A program made the position numbers and the translations under genes. The notes beneath the pieces were generated by a model. That model had not been told where the DNA came from. It did not search any database and saw nothing but the letters and a program-made list of their open reading frames with translations. From an uncultured Verrucomicrobiota bacterium (lineage in GTDB: Bacteria; Verrucomicrobiota; Verrucomicrobiia; Limisphaerales; UBA9464), in the NCBI GenBank assembly GCA_903880005.1, contig CAIRNV010000437.1, positions 5,341 through 69,340 of the forward strand: a stretch of 64,000 nt of DNA, read 5' to 3'. Shown in pieces: positions 28,827 through 39,695 of this stretch (positions are counted from its first letter, which is position 1; the number at the start of each line of letters is the position of its first letter).

Positions 28827-29507
28827 CTAGCCCTCCACAAAGCGGTACCCGACCCCCCGCACGGTGTCGAGGAAGCGGGCGGCGGAGCCGAGCTTCTCGC
28901 GAAGCCGACGCATGTGGGTGTCCACGGTGCGGGTGTCGATGACGGCGTCGTACTCCCAGACGTCTTGCAGGAGCTGGTCGCGCGTCTGCACCCGGCCGCG
29001 GCGCATGGCCAGGGTGGTGAGGAGCTTGAACTCGGTGGCCGTGAGGTCCACCCGCTTGCGCCCGACGGTGACGAGGTGCTTGGGGATGTCCACGGTCAGC
29101 TCGTCGAAGACGAGTTGCTCCGGCGTGTCGGTGGGCTCCGTGCGGCGGCGAATGAGGTTCTTGATGCGAAGGACCAGCTCGCGAGGGCTGAACGGCTTGG
29201 TCACGTAGTCGTCGGCCCCCAGCTCCAGCCCGAGGACGCGGTCGATCTCGGCGGCCTTGGCGGTGACCATGATGATGGGGATGGATGAGGTCGCGGGGTC
29301 CCGCCGCAATTGCTTGCAGACCTCCAGCCCGTCCACCTCGGGCAGCATCAGGTCCAGCAGGATCAAGTCCGGCACCACCTCGCGAGCCCGCTTCAGCGCC
29401 GCCGCCCCGTCGTCGGCCGTGACCACTTCAAGCCCCGCCTGCTTGAGGTTGAAGGCCACCAGCTCCAGGGCGTCGGGCTCGTCATCCACCACCAGGATTT
29501 TTGCCAT
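28827..29507 (-). CDS. OmpR/PhoB-family response regulator
   Basis: Receiver domain (ILVVDDEPD...LILLDLMLPEVDG...TKPFSPREL) and a winged-helix output (TATEFKLL...VRGVGYRF). The ATG at 29507 is in frame with ORF 28827..30038. Confidence 0.9.
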   Translation of the reverse strand: MAKILVVDDEPDALELVAFNLKQAGLEVVTADDGAAALKRAREVVPDLILLDLMLPEVDGLEVCKQLRRDPATSSIPIIMVTAKAAEIDRVLGLELGADDYVTKPFSPRELVLRIKNLIRRRTEPTDTPEQLVFDELTVDIPKHLVTVGRKRVDLTATEFKLLTTLAMRRGRVQTRDQLLQDVWEYDAVIDTRTVDTHMRRLREKLGSAARFLDTVRGVGYRFVEG

Positions 29508-29557
29508 ATCCAACGTTGTCCTATGGGGGACGCGTCCTGGAGGCAATGACTGAACGG

Positions 29558-29941
29558 TTACAACGCGGTGACGGGACCGGAGCCGGATGGGGGCGATGCG
29601 CGCTCGATGAGTTCCCAGAAGCGGGGGTTGTCCTGCAATTGCTCGTCCTCGCCCGTGGGAAGGTTGGAGCGGTAGAGGAAGTCCTTGAGGGTGTTCTTGC
29701 TCAGGATGCGGTGGACGACGATGCCGAGCGGGTGGCGCTCGAAGTAGAGCCGGTAGTCCCCGAGGCGGTAGCGGATGAGGGTGCGACCATTGCGAGCCAG
29801 GCTTCCGAAGTGCGGGTTCTCGCGTTGCAACTCGTGGGGCAGGCCGCGGAATTGGCCAAGGACCTGCAATTGGAGGTCCTTCGGCATCCGGGACAGTTCG
29901 CCGGCGCTCGTGGGGTTGAAGATGATCTGGAACGGTTGCAT
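29558..29941 (-). CDS. RelE/ParE-superfamily-like protein with a C-terminal extension (orphan; no adjacent antitoxin seen)
   Basis: LIRYRLGDYRLYFERHPLGIVVHRILSK resembles the RelE/ParE core (yRirvGdYRiiY...v.Hr). The start is uncertain (ATG at 29941 or 29980). Confidence 0.5.
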   Translation of the reverse strand: MQPFQIIFNPTSAGELSRMPKDLQLQVLGQFRGLPHELQRENPHFGSLARNGRTLIRYRLGDYRLYFERHPLGIVVHRILSKNTLKDFLYRSNLPTGEDEQLQDNPRFWELIERASPPSGSGPVTAL

Positions 29942-29973
29942 GGAGGCCGAGGGGGACGGGGTCCTGAACGGGG

Positions 29974-30486
29974 TCATGGCTTCCCTGCGGGCGCGGGCTT
30001 CGCGGCGGGCTCGTCCACGATGACGAGCCAACAGTCATCCCAGCGGTCCTTGGAGTCCCCGGCGTAGATCATCATTTCACCCTTCTTGAGGGCCTCCAGC
30101 CCGACGGCCCGGCTGGCCACCTGCTTGGGCTCGGACCCGGGCTTCAGGCTCAGCATGCGGACCTCGAGCTTGCCCCCCTCCACCTCCTTGAGGTCCACCG
30201 CGCAGCGGTCCGACAAGGTGACCCGGCGATGCTCCTTGCTGTCGGGCGTGGCGAACTCGGTCTTGGTGACGAAGTAATTCGTCCACCGCAGCTGGCGGAG
30301 GCGGGCGCTCGTGGCGGGGTCGAGGGGCTTCATGCCGTCCTTGCCGGCCGGGCGCTGCACGTCGGTCCCCCACACCAACTGGATGCGATACTTGCCGGCG
30401 GGGTCATCCGCCCGAACCGGGATGGCCAGCCATGCTGACACGGCGGCCAACCACAACCCCATCCATCGCATTTTCCATTGCTTCAT
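29974..30486 (-). CDS. secreted hypothetical protein
   Basis: Signal peptide MKQWKMRWMGLWLAAVSAWLAIPVRA, a beta-rich body, and a Pro/Ala/Lys tail. I recognised no family. Confidence 0.55.
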   Translation of the reverse strand: MKQWKMRWMGLWLAAVSAWLAIPVRADDPAGKYRIQLVWGTDVQRPAGKDGMKPLDPATSARLRQLRWTNYFVTKTEFATPDSKEHRRVTLSDRCAVDLKEVEGGKLEVRMLSLKPGSEPKQVASRAVGLEALKKGEMMIYAGDSKDRWDDCWLVIVDEPAAKPAPAGKP

Positions 30487-30553
30487 GTGAATCCCATCCA
30501 GGCCCGCCTTGGCGGTGCAACGCCGCAATCCAGCCTTCCCCATCCCCTCCCTG

Positions 30554-31006
30554 TCAACGCAGCCAATGCACCGTGATGCCGTCGGTGTCGGATCGGAAGG
30601 TCATGCCCACGGCGTCGTCCATGCCGGCCGAGGCGACCTCGACCACGGGCCCGGTCGCCCGTCGGTTGAGCGAGACCACGACGACGACGGCGGCCACGCC
30701 CAGGGTGGGAACGAGCCATCGGAGCCATCCGGCGGCACGGCTGGCCCCGGCCGCCTGCCGCGCGTCCGCCGCCTCCGCCAGCCGGATGCGTCGTTGGACC
30801 TGCGACCAGTAAAACTCGCGCGTCTCCGGCACGCGTTCGGCGGGCTCGTGCGCGCGCACGACCTCGCCCAGGGCCCGCAGCGCCGCCACCAGGTCCCGTG
30901 CCTCGACGTCGCCGGCCAGCACGCGCTCGACCTCGGCCCGGCGCGACGGCTCCAGCTCGCCATCGACGTAAGCCTGCAAGTCCAGCGTCCATTCCTTGTT
31001 GTTCAT
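30554..31006 (-). CDS. anti-sigma factor (single-pass membrane)
   Basis: N-terminal LQAYVDGELEPSRRAEVERVLA (anti-sigma helix pattern) and a central TM (LVPTLGVAAVVVVVSL). Overlaps the ECF sigma stop by 4 nt. Confidence 0.75.
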   Translation of the reverse strand: MNNKEWTLDLQAYVDGELEPSRRAEVERVLAGDVEARDLVAALRALGEVVRAHEPAERVPETREFYWSQVQRRIRLAEAADARQAAGASRAAGWLRWLVPTLGVAAVVVVVSLNRRATGPVVEVASAGMDDAVGMTFRSDTDGITVHWLR

Positions 31007-31611
31007 TCGGATCGTTCCTTCCTCAGGTTTTGGAGCAGCGACGCCAGACGACGTCGCGCGTAAAAGAGACGGGACATGACGGTGCCGATGGAGATGCCCA
31101 CGCGCTTGGCGATCTCCTTGTATTCGAGGCCCTCGAACTCATGCAACACGACCACCGTGCGATGGGCCTCCGTCAGCTTGCCCAGGGCCTCGTCGATGCG
31201 CTTGCGAACGTCCTCGGACTCCAGCCCCTCGGTGGGGTTGGCCTCCACGACGGGCATGTGGCGCTCCACGCCGCCCGTTTCCTCCTCCATCTGCTCGATG
31301 GACTCGGCCCGGGTGCGCTTCTGGCGGCGGATTTGGTCCAGGCACAGGTTGATGACGATGCGGGTGGCCCACGTGGCGAAGGTGCTGTCGCCCTGGAACT
31401 GGTGGAGCCGTTGCCATGCCTTGACCCATGCCTCCTGGGACAAGTCCAGCGCCTCCACCTCGTTCCGCATCATGATCATCGCGCGTGCGTAAATCTTGTC
31501 GCGATGCCGGTGGACCAGCTCCTCGAAGGCCTCCATGTCGCCCCCCTTGGCAAGGGAGACCAATGCCTCGTCCGTCTCGGCGGCTAAATCCGGTTTCAAC
31601 GACCCTGCCAT
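31003..31611 (-). CDS. ECF-type RNA polymerase sigma-70 family factor
   Basis: Region 2 (FEELVHRHRDKIYARAMIMMRNEVEALDLSQEAWVKAW...FATWATRIVINLCLD) and region 4 (EGLEYKEIAKRVGISIGTVMSRLFYARRRL). Confidence 0.9.
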   Translation of the reverse strand: MAGSLKPDLAAETDEALVSLAKGGDMEAFEELVHRHRDKIYARAMIMMRNEVEALDLSQEAWVKAWQRLHQFQGDSTFATWATRIVINLCLDQIRRQKRTRAESIEQMEEETGGVERHMPVVEANPTEGLESEDVRKRIDEALGKLTEAHRTVVVLHEFEGLEYKEIAKRVGISIGTVMSRLFYARRRLASLLQNLRKERSE

Positions 31612-31645
31612 GGACGAGACCCCTTTCGGACCTATTCAGGCCGAC

Positions 31646-32308
31646 TCACAGACGGCCCTTCGAGCTGGGGATTTCCCCGGCGATGCGCGGGTCGCGCTGG
31701 CAGGCGGCGTCCACCGCCCGGGCAAAGGCCTTGAACACGCATTCCACGACATGGTGGGGCTCGCCCCCGTACAGGAGCTCGAGGTGCAGGTTGCAACGCG
31801 CCTCGTTGGCAAATCCCTGGAAGAACTCCCGCGCCAGGCCAAACCGAAACGCCGACGACATGTCCTGCGTCCGTTCCTCCCAGCTAATCTTCTGGTGCGC
31901 CCGCGAGTCCAGGCCCCGCCACACCAGGTAGGCCCGCCCGCTGAAGTCGATCACCGCCCGCGCAAGGCATTCATCCATGGGGACATACGCCTCCCCGGTC
32001 CACGGATTGCGCGGGTCGAAGCCGGTCCCGTACCGCCGAATGCCTCGCTTCTCGCCCAAGGCCGCCAGGAACGCCTGCCCCAACGCGATTCCGCAATCCT
32101 CCACCGTGTGGTGCGCGTCCACCTCCAGGTCGCCCTTGCAGCGCAACGTCAGGTCGCACTTCGAGTGCTTCGCAAACAACGTCAGCATGTGGTCCAGGAA
32201 CGGAACGCCGGTCCGCACCCGGGACTTGCCCGTCCCGTCCACGTCCAGCTCGACATGGATCGCCGTCTCCTTGGTCTCGCGCTTCAGCCGCGCACGCCGC
32301 TCGCTCAT
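31646..32308 (-). CDS. hisB: imidazoleglycerol-phosphate dehydratase
   Basis: RETKETAI, GVPFLDHML, DAHHTVEDCGIALGQA, EPHHVVECVFKAFARA and IPSSKG. Confidence 0.92.
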   Translation of the reverse strand: MSERRARLKRETKETAIHVELDVDGTGKSRVRTGVPFLDHMLTLFAKHSKCDLTLRCKGDLEVDAHHTVEDCGIALGQAFLAALGEKRGIRRYGTGFDPRNPWTGEAYVPMDECLARAVIDFSGRAYLVWRGLDSRAHQKISWEERTQDMSSAFRFGLAREFFQGFANEARCNLHLELLYGGEPHHVVECVFKAFARAVDAACQRDPRIAGEIPSSKGRL

Positions 32309-32393
32309 CCTCCCCTCGCCATATCCCCCATGCCCGCCAAACGCCAACGGTTTCTCGGTTCCATCCCCGCCCGTCCTTCCCCATCCTTTCCCC

Positions 32394-33434
32394 GTGCCGG
32401 CTGAAATCCTCCCCGTCCACACCCCCGCCCTGTTTCGGGAGGCCGTCGCCCAGGCCGCCGCCCGGCTCCGCGCCGGGGACGTGGTCGCGTTGCCCACCGA
32501 GACCGTCTATGGCCTCGCCGCCAACGCGTGGTCGCCCGAGGCCGTCCGGCGGATCTTCCATGTGAAGCAGCGTCCCGCCTACAACCCCGTCATCGTCCAC
32601 GTCGCCAGCGCGGACATGGCCCACGCCTGCGCCCGGGAATGGCCCCTGCTCGCCGCCCGGCTCGCCAGCGCCTTCTGGCCCGGCCCCCTCACCTTGGTGG
32701 TCCCCCGGAGTGGTCGCGTGCCCGACGTCGTCACGGCCGGGGGCGACACCGTGGGCCTGCGATGGCCCTTTCACCCGCTCATGCAGGCGGTGATTCGCGA
32801 GTGCGGCTTCCCCTTGGCCGCGCCCAGCGCCAACCCAGCCAATGCGCTCTCCCCCACCACCGCCCGACATGTGGCGGACGCCCTCGGCGATGCGATCCCG
32901 CTGATCGTCGATGGAGGCGAATCCAACGTGGGCATCGAGAGCACCGTCGTCGATGTGACCGGGCCCGTGCCCCGCATCCTGCGTCCGGGCATGATTTCAT
33001 CCGAGGACGTCGCCCGGGCGTGCGGCATGGCCCCAATCGGCGCGAACGTGGGCGATGCGGCCGGGGGCGAGGGTGAAACAGGCGTGCAGCGGCCCCTCCG
33101 AAGCCCGGGGCAGCTCTCGCGGCACTACGCGCCCCGCGCCCGCCTCCATGTGCTGGAATGGGCCTCGGACGACGACCTCGGGCGGCAGTTGGCCGTCCGG
33201 CGCCTGGATCCCGACCGAGGCTGGATCATCGCGCACTCGCGCATCCCGGCCGAGGGCCGTTTTCCCCACGTGCGTTTCATCCCGGACGACCCGGAGGCCT
33301 TCGCGCGGGCGTTGTACGCGGAGTTGCACGCCGCCGACGCCGACGGCATCCAATGGGTGGTCGTCGAGCGCGTCCCGGGCAGCCCCGCGTGGGCGGGCAT
33401 CGCAGACCGGTTGGCGCGGGCCTGCGTGGGCTGA
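32394..33434 (+). CDS. tsaC: L-threonylcarbamoyladenylate synthase (YrdC domain + Sua5 C-terminal domain)
   Basis: LPTETVYGLAANA, KQRPAYNPVIVHV, GPLTLVV and APSANPAN. There is no in-frame ATG nearby, so I propose a GTG start at 32394. Confidence 0.85.
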   Translation: MPAEILPVHTPALFREAVAQAAARLRAGDVVALPTETVYGLAANAWSPEAVRRIFHVKQRPAYNPVIVHVASADMAHACAREWPLLAARLASAFWPGPLTLVVPRSGRVPDVVTAGGDTVGLRWPFHPLMQAVIRECGFPLAAPSANPANALSPTTARHVADALGDAIPLIVDGGESNVGIESTVVDVTGPVPRILRPGMISSEDVARACGMAPIGANVGDAAGGEGETGVQRPLRSPGQLSRHYAPRARLHVLEWASDDDLGRQLAVRRLDPDRGWIIAHSRIPAEGRFPHVRFIPDDPEAFARALYAELHAADADGIQWVVVERVPGSPAWAGIADRLARACVG

Positions 33435-33490
33435 GCCGGGGCGATGCATTCGGGGTTCCGGCGCGGCGGCATTTGGCCCAGGGTACGCCC

Positions 33491-34366
33491 ATGCGATCCA
33501 TGACGGGCCATGGGCGGGGCGAGGGCTTCCGGGACGGGCTGCGGGCGGTGGCGGAGCTGCGATGCGTGAACCGGCGGCAAGCGGAGGTCTTGATCCACCT
33601 GCCGGAGGCATGGGCGGCGTTGGAGGGTCGGGCGCGGGACATGGTGGCGGCGCTCGTGTCGCGGGGCCGATGCGAGGCGCGGCTGCAATGGGAGGCGCCG
33701 GGCTCCGGGGCGCCGTCGCGCGTGAACCGTTCCGTGGCATTGGCGTACGCGACGCAACTGCGGGCGCTGTCGGAGGCCTTGGGACGGCCGGAGGACCCGG
33801 GGCTGGACGTGTTGATTCGGTGCCCGGGGGTCCTGGAGCCGTGCGGCGCGGCGGCGGACCCGGACCAGGCGTGGCCCGTGATGGAGGAGGCCTTGCGGTC
33901 GGCGCTGGGGGCTCTCGACGCCATGCGCCGGCGCGAGGGCGAGGCGTTGGAACGGGATCTTCGGGCGCGCATCGGGTTGTTGAGGGAGGAGGCGTCGGCC
34001 ATTCGTGGTCGAGCCCCGGAGGTGATGCGGCGTTACCGGGACAACCTGGTGCAACGCGTGCGCGCGGCCGGCATCGAGGGGGTTGGCCCCGGGGACGAGC
34101 GCATCCTGAAGGAGTTGGTGGTGTTCGCGGACCGGTCGGACATCTCGGAGGAGATCGCCCGGCTGGAGAGCCATTTCGTGCAGTTTGAGGATGCATGCCG
34201 GGCATCGGAGGCGGCGGGGCGACGGCTCGACTTCCTGGCCCAGGAGATGCACCGGGAGATCAACACGATTGGTTCCAAGGCCAACGACGCGGTGATCTCC
34301 GCCTCGGTGGTGCGCGCGAAGACGGAGCTGGAGCGGTTTCGCGAACAAGTCCAGAATGTGGAGTGA
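33491..34366 (+). CDS. yicC: YicC family stress-induced protein
   Basis: MRSMTGHGRGE N-terminus and the C-terminal DUF1732-like SEEIARLESH...DFLAQEMHREINTIGSKAND. Confidence 0.88.
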   Translation: MRSMTGHGRGEGFRDGLRAVAELRCVNRRQAEVLIHLPEAWAALEGRARDMVAALVSRGRCEARLQWEAPGSGAPSRVNRSVALAYATQLRALSEALGRPEDPGLDVLIRCPGVLEPCGAAADPDQAWPVMEEALRSALGALDAMRRREGEALERDLRARIGLLREEASAIRGRAPEVMRRYRDNLVQRVRAAGIEGVGPGDERILKELVVFADRSDISEEIARLESHFVQFEDACRASEAAGRRLDFLAQEMHREINTIGSKANDAVISASVVRAKTELERFREQVQNVE

Positions 34367-34405
34367 AGTCCCTGCGTGGGGGCCATCTGGCCCCCACCGG
34401 CCTCG

Positions 34406-35041
34406 ATGCCAACACACATGCGACACGGCGGCGTGATCCTGCTGATTTCGGCCCCCTCCGGCGGGGGCAAGACGACGGTCTGCACCGCGATGCTGGCGCG
34501 GCATCCGCGGCTGCGGCGCGTCATCACGTGCACGACGCGGGCGCCGAGGCCGGGCGAGGCGGACGGGGTGGACTATCACTTCTTCACGAGGGAGGAGTTC
34601 GAGGGTCGCCTGGCGGCGGGCGAGTTCCTGGAGCACGCCGAGGTGTACGGCAACCGGTACGGGACGCTGCGCACGAGCGTGCTCGGCGTGTTGCAAGGGG
34701 GTCAGGACGTTCTGTTGAACATCGACGTCCAGGGGGCCGCGTCGATCCGGCGCATGGCGATGGCGGACGCGGAGCTGGGGGGCGCGTTGGCGACGGTGTT
34801 CCTGACGCCGGGGACGTTGGCGGAGCTGGAGTCGCGGCTCCGCGGTCGGGGGTCGGAGGCGGAGGACGTGGTGCGGCGGCGGCTGGAGGCGGCGCCCCGG
34901 GAGGTGGCGGAGGCGGTTCACTTTGACTACGTGGTCGTGAGCGGGACGCGCGAGGAGGACGTGGCGCGTGTGGAGGCGATCTACGCGGCGGAACGATGCC
35001 GGCGACATCGCGTGAGGCTGGAGTTCGGGAGGTTTTCATGA
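34406..35041 (+). CDS. gmk: guanylate kinase
   Basis: P-loop SAPSGGGKTT, TTRAPRPGEADGVDYHF and EHAEVYGNRYGT. The start could be ATG 34406 or 34418. Confidence 0.9.
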   Translation: MPTHMRHGGVILLISAPSGGGKTTVCTAMLARHPRLRRVITCTTRAPRPGEADGVDYHFFTREEFEGRLAAGEFLEHAEVYGNRYGTLRTSVLGVLQGGQDVLLNIDVQGAASIRRMAMADAELGGALATVFLTPGTLAELESRLRGRGSEAEDVVRRRLEAAPREVAEAVHFDYVVVSGTREEDVARVEAIYAAERCRRHRVRLEFGRFS

Positions 35042-35619
35042 GCGCGGGCGAGGCAGGGGATGGCGGCGGGCGCAACGTGGTCCTGGGGGTGACGGGAAGC
35101 ATCGCGGCGCACCGCGGGCTGGACATCGCGAGCGCGCTGACGAAGGCGGGCTGCCGGGTGCAGGTGGTGTTGACGGCGGACGCGCAGCGGTTCGTGACGC
35201 CGCTGGGGTTCAAGACGTTGTCGCGCAACCCGGTGATCACGGGCCTGTACGACGAGGAGGAGGGCTGGCGTCCGGCGCACGTGAGGGCGGCGGACGAGGC
35301 GGACCTGCTGTTGGTGGCGCCGGCGACGGCGGCGACGATTGCGCGGATGGCGCAAGGGCTGGCGGACGACGCCTTGGGCTGCATTGCGCTGGCGTTGGAG
35401 CCGGGGACGCCGGTGCTCGTGGCGCCGGCGATGAACGGGAAGATGTGGGCGCACCCGGCGACGCAGGCGAACGTGGCGTTGCTGCGGTCGCGCGGCGTGG
35501 AGTTCGTGGGGCCGGAGGCGGGGATGTTGTCGTGCGGCTACGAGGGCACGGGCCGATTGGCGACGGTGGAGGCGGTGGTGGGGCGGGCCCTGGCGTTGGT
35601 TGGCCTGGGCGGGCCGTGA
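35038..35619 (+). CDS. coaC: phosphopantothenoylcysteine decarboxylase-type flavoprotein (stand-alone CoaC domain)
   Basis: VLGVTGSIAA, LLLVAPATAATIARMAQGLADD and PAMNGKMW. ATGA overlap with the gmk stop. Confidence 0.8.
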   Translation: MSAGEAGDGGGRNVVLGVTGSIAAHRGLDIASALTKAGCRVQVVLTADAQRFVTPLGFKTLSRNPVITGLYDEEEGWRPAHVRAADEADLLLVAPATAATIARMAQGLADDALGCIALALEPGTPVLVAPAMNGKMWAHPATQANVALLRSRGVEFVGPEAGMLSCGYEGTGRLATVEAVVGRALALVGLGGP

Positions 35620-35635
35620 GGGAGACGGCTGATTC

Positions 35636-37047
35636 ATGGGGACGCTGGCAGCCAGGTTGATGGGCGGGTTCTGGGGTTGGCGGGACCTCGTGGCCGCGCC
35701 GAAGGCGGACGACGGGGTGTTCATGCAGCGCGTGGCGTTCGTGGAGCGGGGGGTGGCCCTGCCCGCGAAGGCGGTGTCGTTGCTGGTGCTGCTCTACCTG
35801 CTGTTCGTCTCGTCGTGGTTCCGGGACCTCACCCCGTTGGCGGAGGACGCATGGAACCTGCTTCGGACGTTCTACGTCATCTATTTCTGCCTGAACGTGG
35901 GCGGCGGGATCGTGATTTGGGGGATGAACGAGGTCCCCGTGCGGTTGGTCGAGGTGGTGGTGTACGTGCTGGCGTTGGTGGACGCGGTCTTCGTGTCGGC
36001 GCTGACGGTGATGACGGGCGGGTTTGGGAGCATCCTCTACTGGCTATGTCCCGGGCTGATCCTGCGGAACGCGATGGTGATACCAAGGGCGGACGTGCAG
36101 ATCCTCGTGAACGTGGCGGTCCCCTGCTTCTACATGCTGGCGGGGTTCCTCCACCGGGTGCTGGACCGGACGGACCGGGAGTTGATCGAGACGACGGGGA
36201 AGGGCTCGTTGGGGGCGGGGCTGGAGGAGCCTGGCCACGAGCCGTTGGAGTCGCTGGTCACGCGGATGCTGCTGTTGCTGTTGTTGTCCGCGTGCTGCTA
36301 CGCGTTGCAGGTGTTGCTGGATCGCAAGCGCATGGAGGAGGCCGAGGCGCGGGAGTTCGCGCTCAAGCAGCAGCAATTGCAGGCGGCCGGTCGCCTGGCG
36401 GCGGAGATCGCCCACCAGCTCAAGAACCCCCTCGGCATCATCAACAACGCCGCCTACACGCTCCAGAAGACGGTCAAGGAGGGGAAGACCATCACCCAGC
36501 AGATCGCCATCATCCGCGAGGAGGTGGTCCGGTCGGATCGCATCCTGACGGAGTTGATGGGCTACGCCCAACTGGCCGAGGGCAAGGTGGAGCGGGTGCT
36601 GGTGACGGACGAGCTGGACCGGGCCGTGGACGAGGCGTTCCCGGCGGGGACGGACTACAAGGTGGAGGTGAAGAGGGATTACGCCCCGGCCATCCCCCAC
36701 CTCCTGGGGCAACGCGGGCATTTCGCCGAGATCTTCCTCAACCTGCTGACCAACGCGCGGGAGGCCATGAACGGCCGCGGCAAGGTGTGGATCCATGCCC
36801 GTGTGACGCCCGACTACGAGGTGGAGGTGCGCGTGAAGGACTCGGGCCCGGGGATCCATCCGGAGCACCTGCCCAAGCTCTTCGACGCCTACTTCACCAC
36901 CAAGGAGCACGGCACGGGGCTGGGGCTCGCGATCGTGAAGCACAACGCCGAGCTGTATGGGGGCAGCGTGCGCGCGGAGTCGGTGCTTGGCCAAGGGGCG
37001 ACCTTCGTCGTAACGTTGCCTGCCCGCTCGGTCATGCGGCTGCGTCG

Positions 37048-37051
<4 letters not shown>
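35636..37051 (+). CDS. membrane sensor histidine kinase (NtrB/AtoS-like)
   Basis: About five N-terminal TM helices, H-box AAEIAHQLKNPL, N-box LLTNAREAM, and G-boxes (DSGPGI, GTGLGLAIV). Confidence 0.88.
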
Positions 37052-38459
<1,408 letters not shown>

Positions 38460-38463
<4 letters not shown>

Positions 38464-38795
38464 TCGCCGCCGCCCCAGAACTCCCCGACATCTCCAGGTC
38501 CGTCCGCCAGGCGGGCCCGGACTCGGCCGGCCACCTTGCGCTCATCCTGATGGCGGTCTTGGCCGTCATCCTGGTCCTCGTGGTCTGGGCGGTCTTCATT
38601 CGCAAGCCGCAGCGCGGGCGACGTCGCGAGCGCGGGCGGCTGACCACCTCCGCGCCGGAACCCGAGACGGCCGGTAAGTCGCGGCGCAGGCGGCGGCGCA
38701 GCGATCGTCGCAACCCCACCCTCGCCGAGACGGGCGGGCTTCCTCCGCTGCGCGACGACACGCCGCCGGGCCCGGGTGGTCCCTTCATGTCGTGA
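38460..38795 (+). CDS. small single-TM protein with an arginine-rich tail (hypothetical)
   Basis: 111 aa. TM helix LALILMAVLAVILVLVVWAVFI, then RKPQRGRRRERGR...KSRRRRRRSDRR. Both the start and the stop overlap neighbouring genes by 4 nt. Confidence 0.5.
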
Positions 38796-39688
38796 ACGTC
38801 CCGGGCGTCCAGGAGCCGCAGGCGGCCGTCAGCGCGGAGATCACCCGCCAGAGCGGGTCGAACCTTGCGCTCGCCTTCATCCTGTTGCCTCCCGAGAAGC
38901 GGGCCGCGATGTCGGTGCTCTACGCCTATTGCCGCCAGGTGGACGACGTCGCGGACGAGGACGACGTGCCGGTGGCCCGCCGGGCGGCGGAGCTGCGTCG
39001 TTGGCGCGAGGAGACCCGCCGCGCATGCGATGGGTTGAGCCCCAGCATTCCCGTCGTCCGCGAGCTGGTCCCCGTCATCGCCCGCCACCGCCTCCCGTTC
39101 GCCTTGTTCGATGACTTGCTCGCCGGCGTCGAGATGGACCTCGTGACCGTGCGCTACCCCGACCTCGCCTCGCTGGAGCGCTACTGCTACCACGTGGCCT
39201 CCGTGGTCGGGCTCCTGAGCATCGAGGTGTTCGGCTACGTCGATCCGGGTTGCCGGGCCTATGCCGACGCACTCGGCAAGGCCCTGCAGTTCACCAACAT
39301 CCTCCGTGACGTGGGCAACGACGCGCAGCGCGGCCGCATCTACCTGCCGCAGGATGCGTTGCGGGCGCATGGGGTGGCCGAGGCGGACATCCTGGACGGG
39401 CGATGCTCGGACGGCTTCCTGGCGTTGGCTCGGGAGACGGCCGGGCACGCGCGTCGGTTCTTTGCGGCGGCGCGGGCGGCGCTGCCTGCGGCCGACGCGG
39501 GCAACATGATGACGGCGGAACTCATGGCGGCGGTGTATGGCCGGCTGCTGGTGGAGATCGAGCGCCGGGGTTTCCCCGTGCTGGATCCCCGCCCGATCCG
39601 ATTGGGCCGTGCCCGCAAGCTCCTCCTCATCCTGGGAACCGTGCTCCGCTGGAAGCTCGGACTAGGACCGGCTCGGCATGGGGTCTAG
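38792..39688 (+). CDS. squalene/phytoene synthase family protein (HpnC/HpnD/CrtB-like)
   Basis: YAYCRQVDDVADE (first Asp-rich motif), YCYHVASVVG, FTNILRDVGNDAQRGRIYLP (second motif). GTG start at 38792 overlapping the upstream stop. Confidence 0.85.
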   Translation: MNVPGVQEPQAAVSAEITRQSGSNLALAFILLPPEKRAAMSVLYAYCRQVDDVADEDDVPVARRAAELRRWREETRRACDGLSPSIPVVRELVPVIARHRLPFALFDDLLAGVEMDLVTVRYPDLASLERYCYHVASVVGLLSIEVFGYVDPGCRAYADALGKALQFTNILRDVGNDAQRGRIYLPQDALRAHGVAEADILDGRCSDGFLALARETAGHARRFFAAARAALPAADAGNMMTAELMAAVYGRLLVEIERRGFPVLDPRPIRLGRARKLLLILGTVLRWKLGLGPARHGV

Positions 39689-39695
39689 CGCGGGC

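Noticed and set aside
31646-32308. HisB appears to carry two short insertions (around GTGFDPRNPWTGE and RGLDSRAHQKISWEERTQDMSS) relative to the roughly 195-aa HisB proteins I remember.
   Set aside because: All catalytic His/Glu motifs are intact, and insertions of about 10 aa in loops are common lineage variation. I cannot verify this without an alignment.
35038-35619. Stand-alone CoaC (no fused CoaB domain), and hisH/hisB separated from the other his genes.
   Set aside because: Split coaB/coaC and dispersed his genes are known in several phyla. There is nothing in the sequence to suggest a new function.
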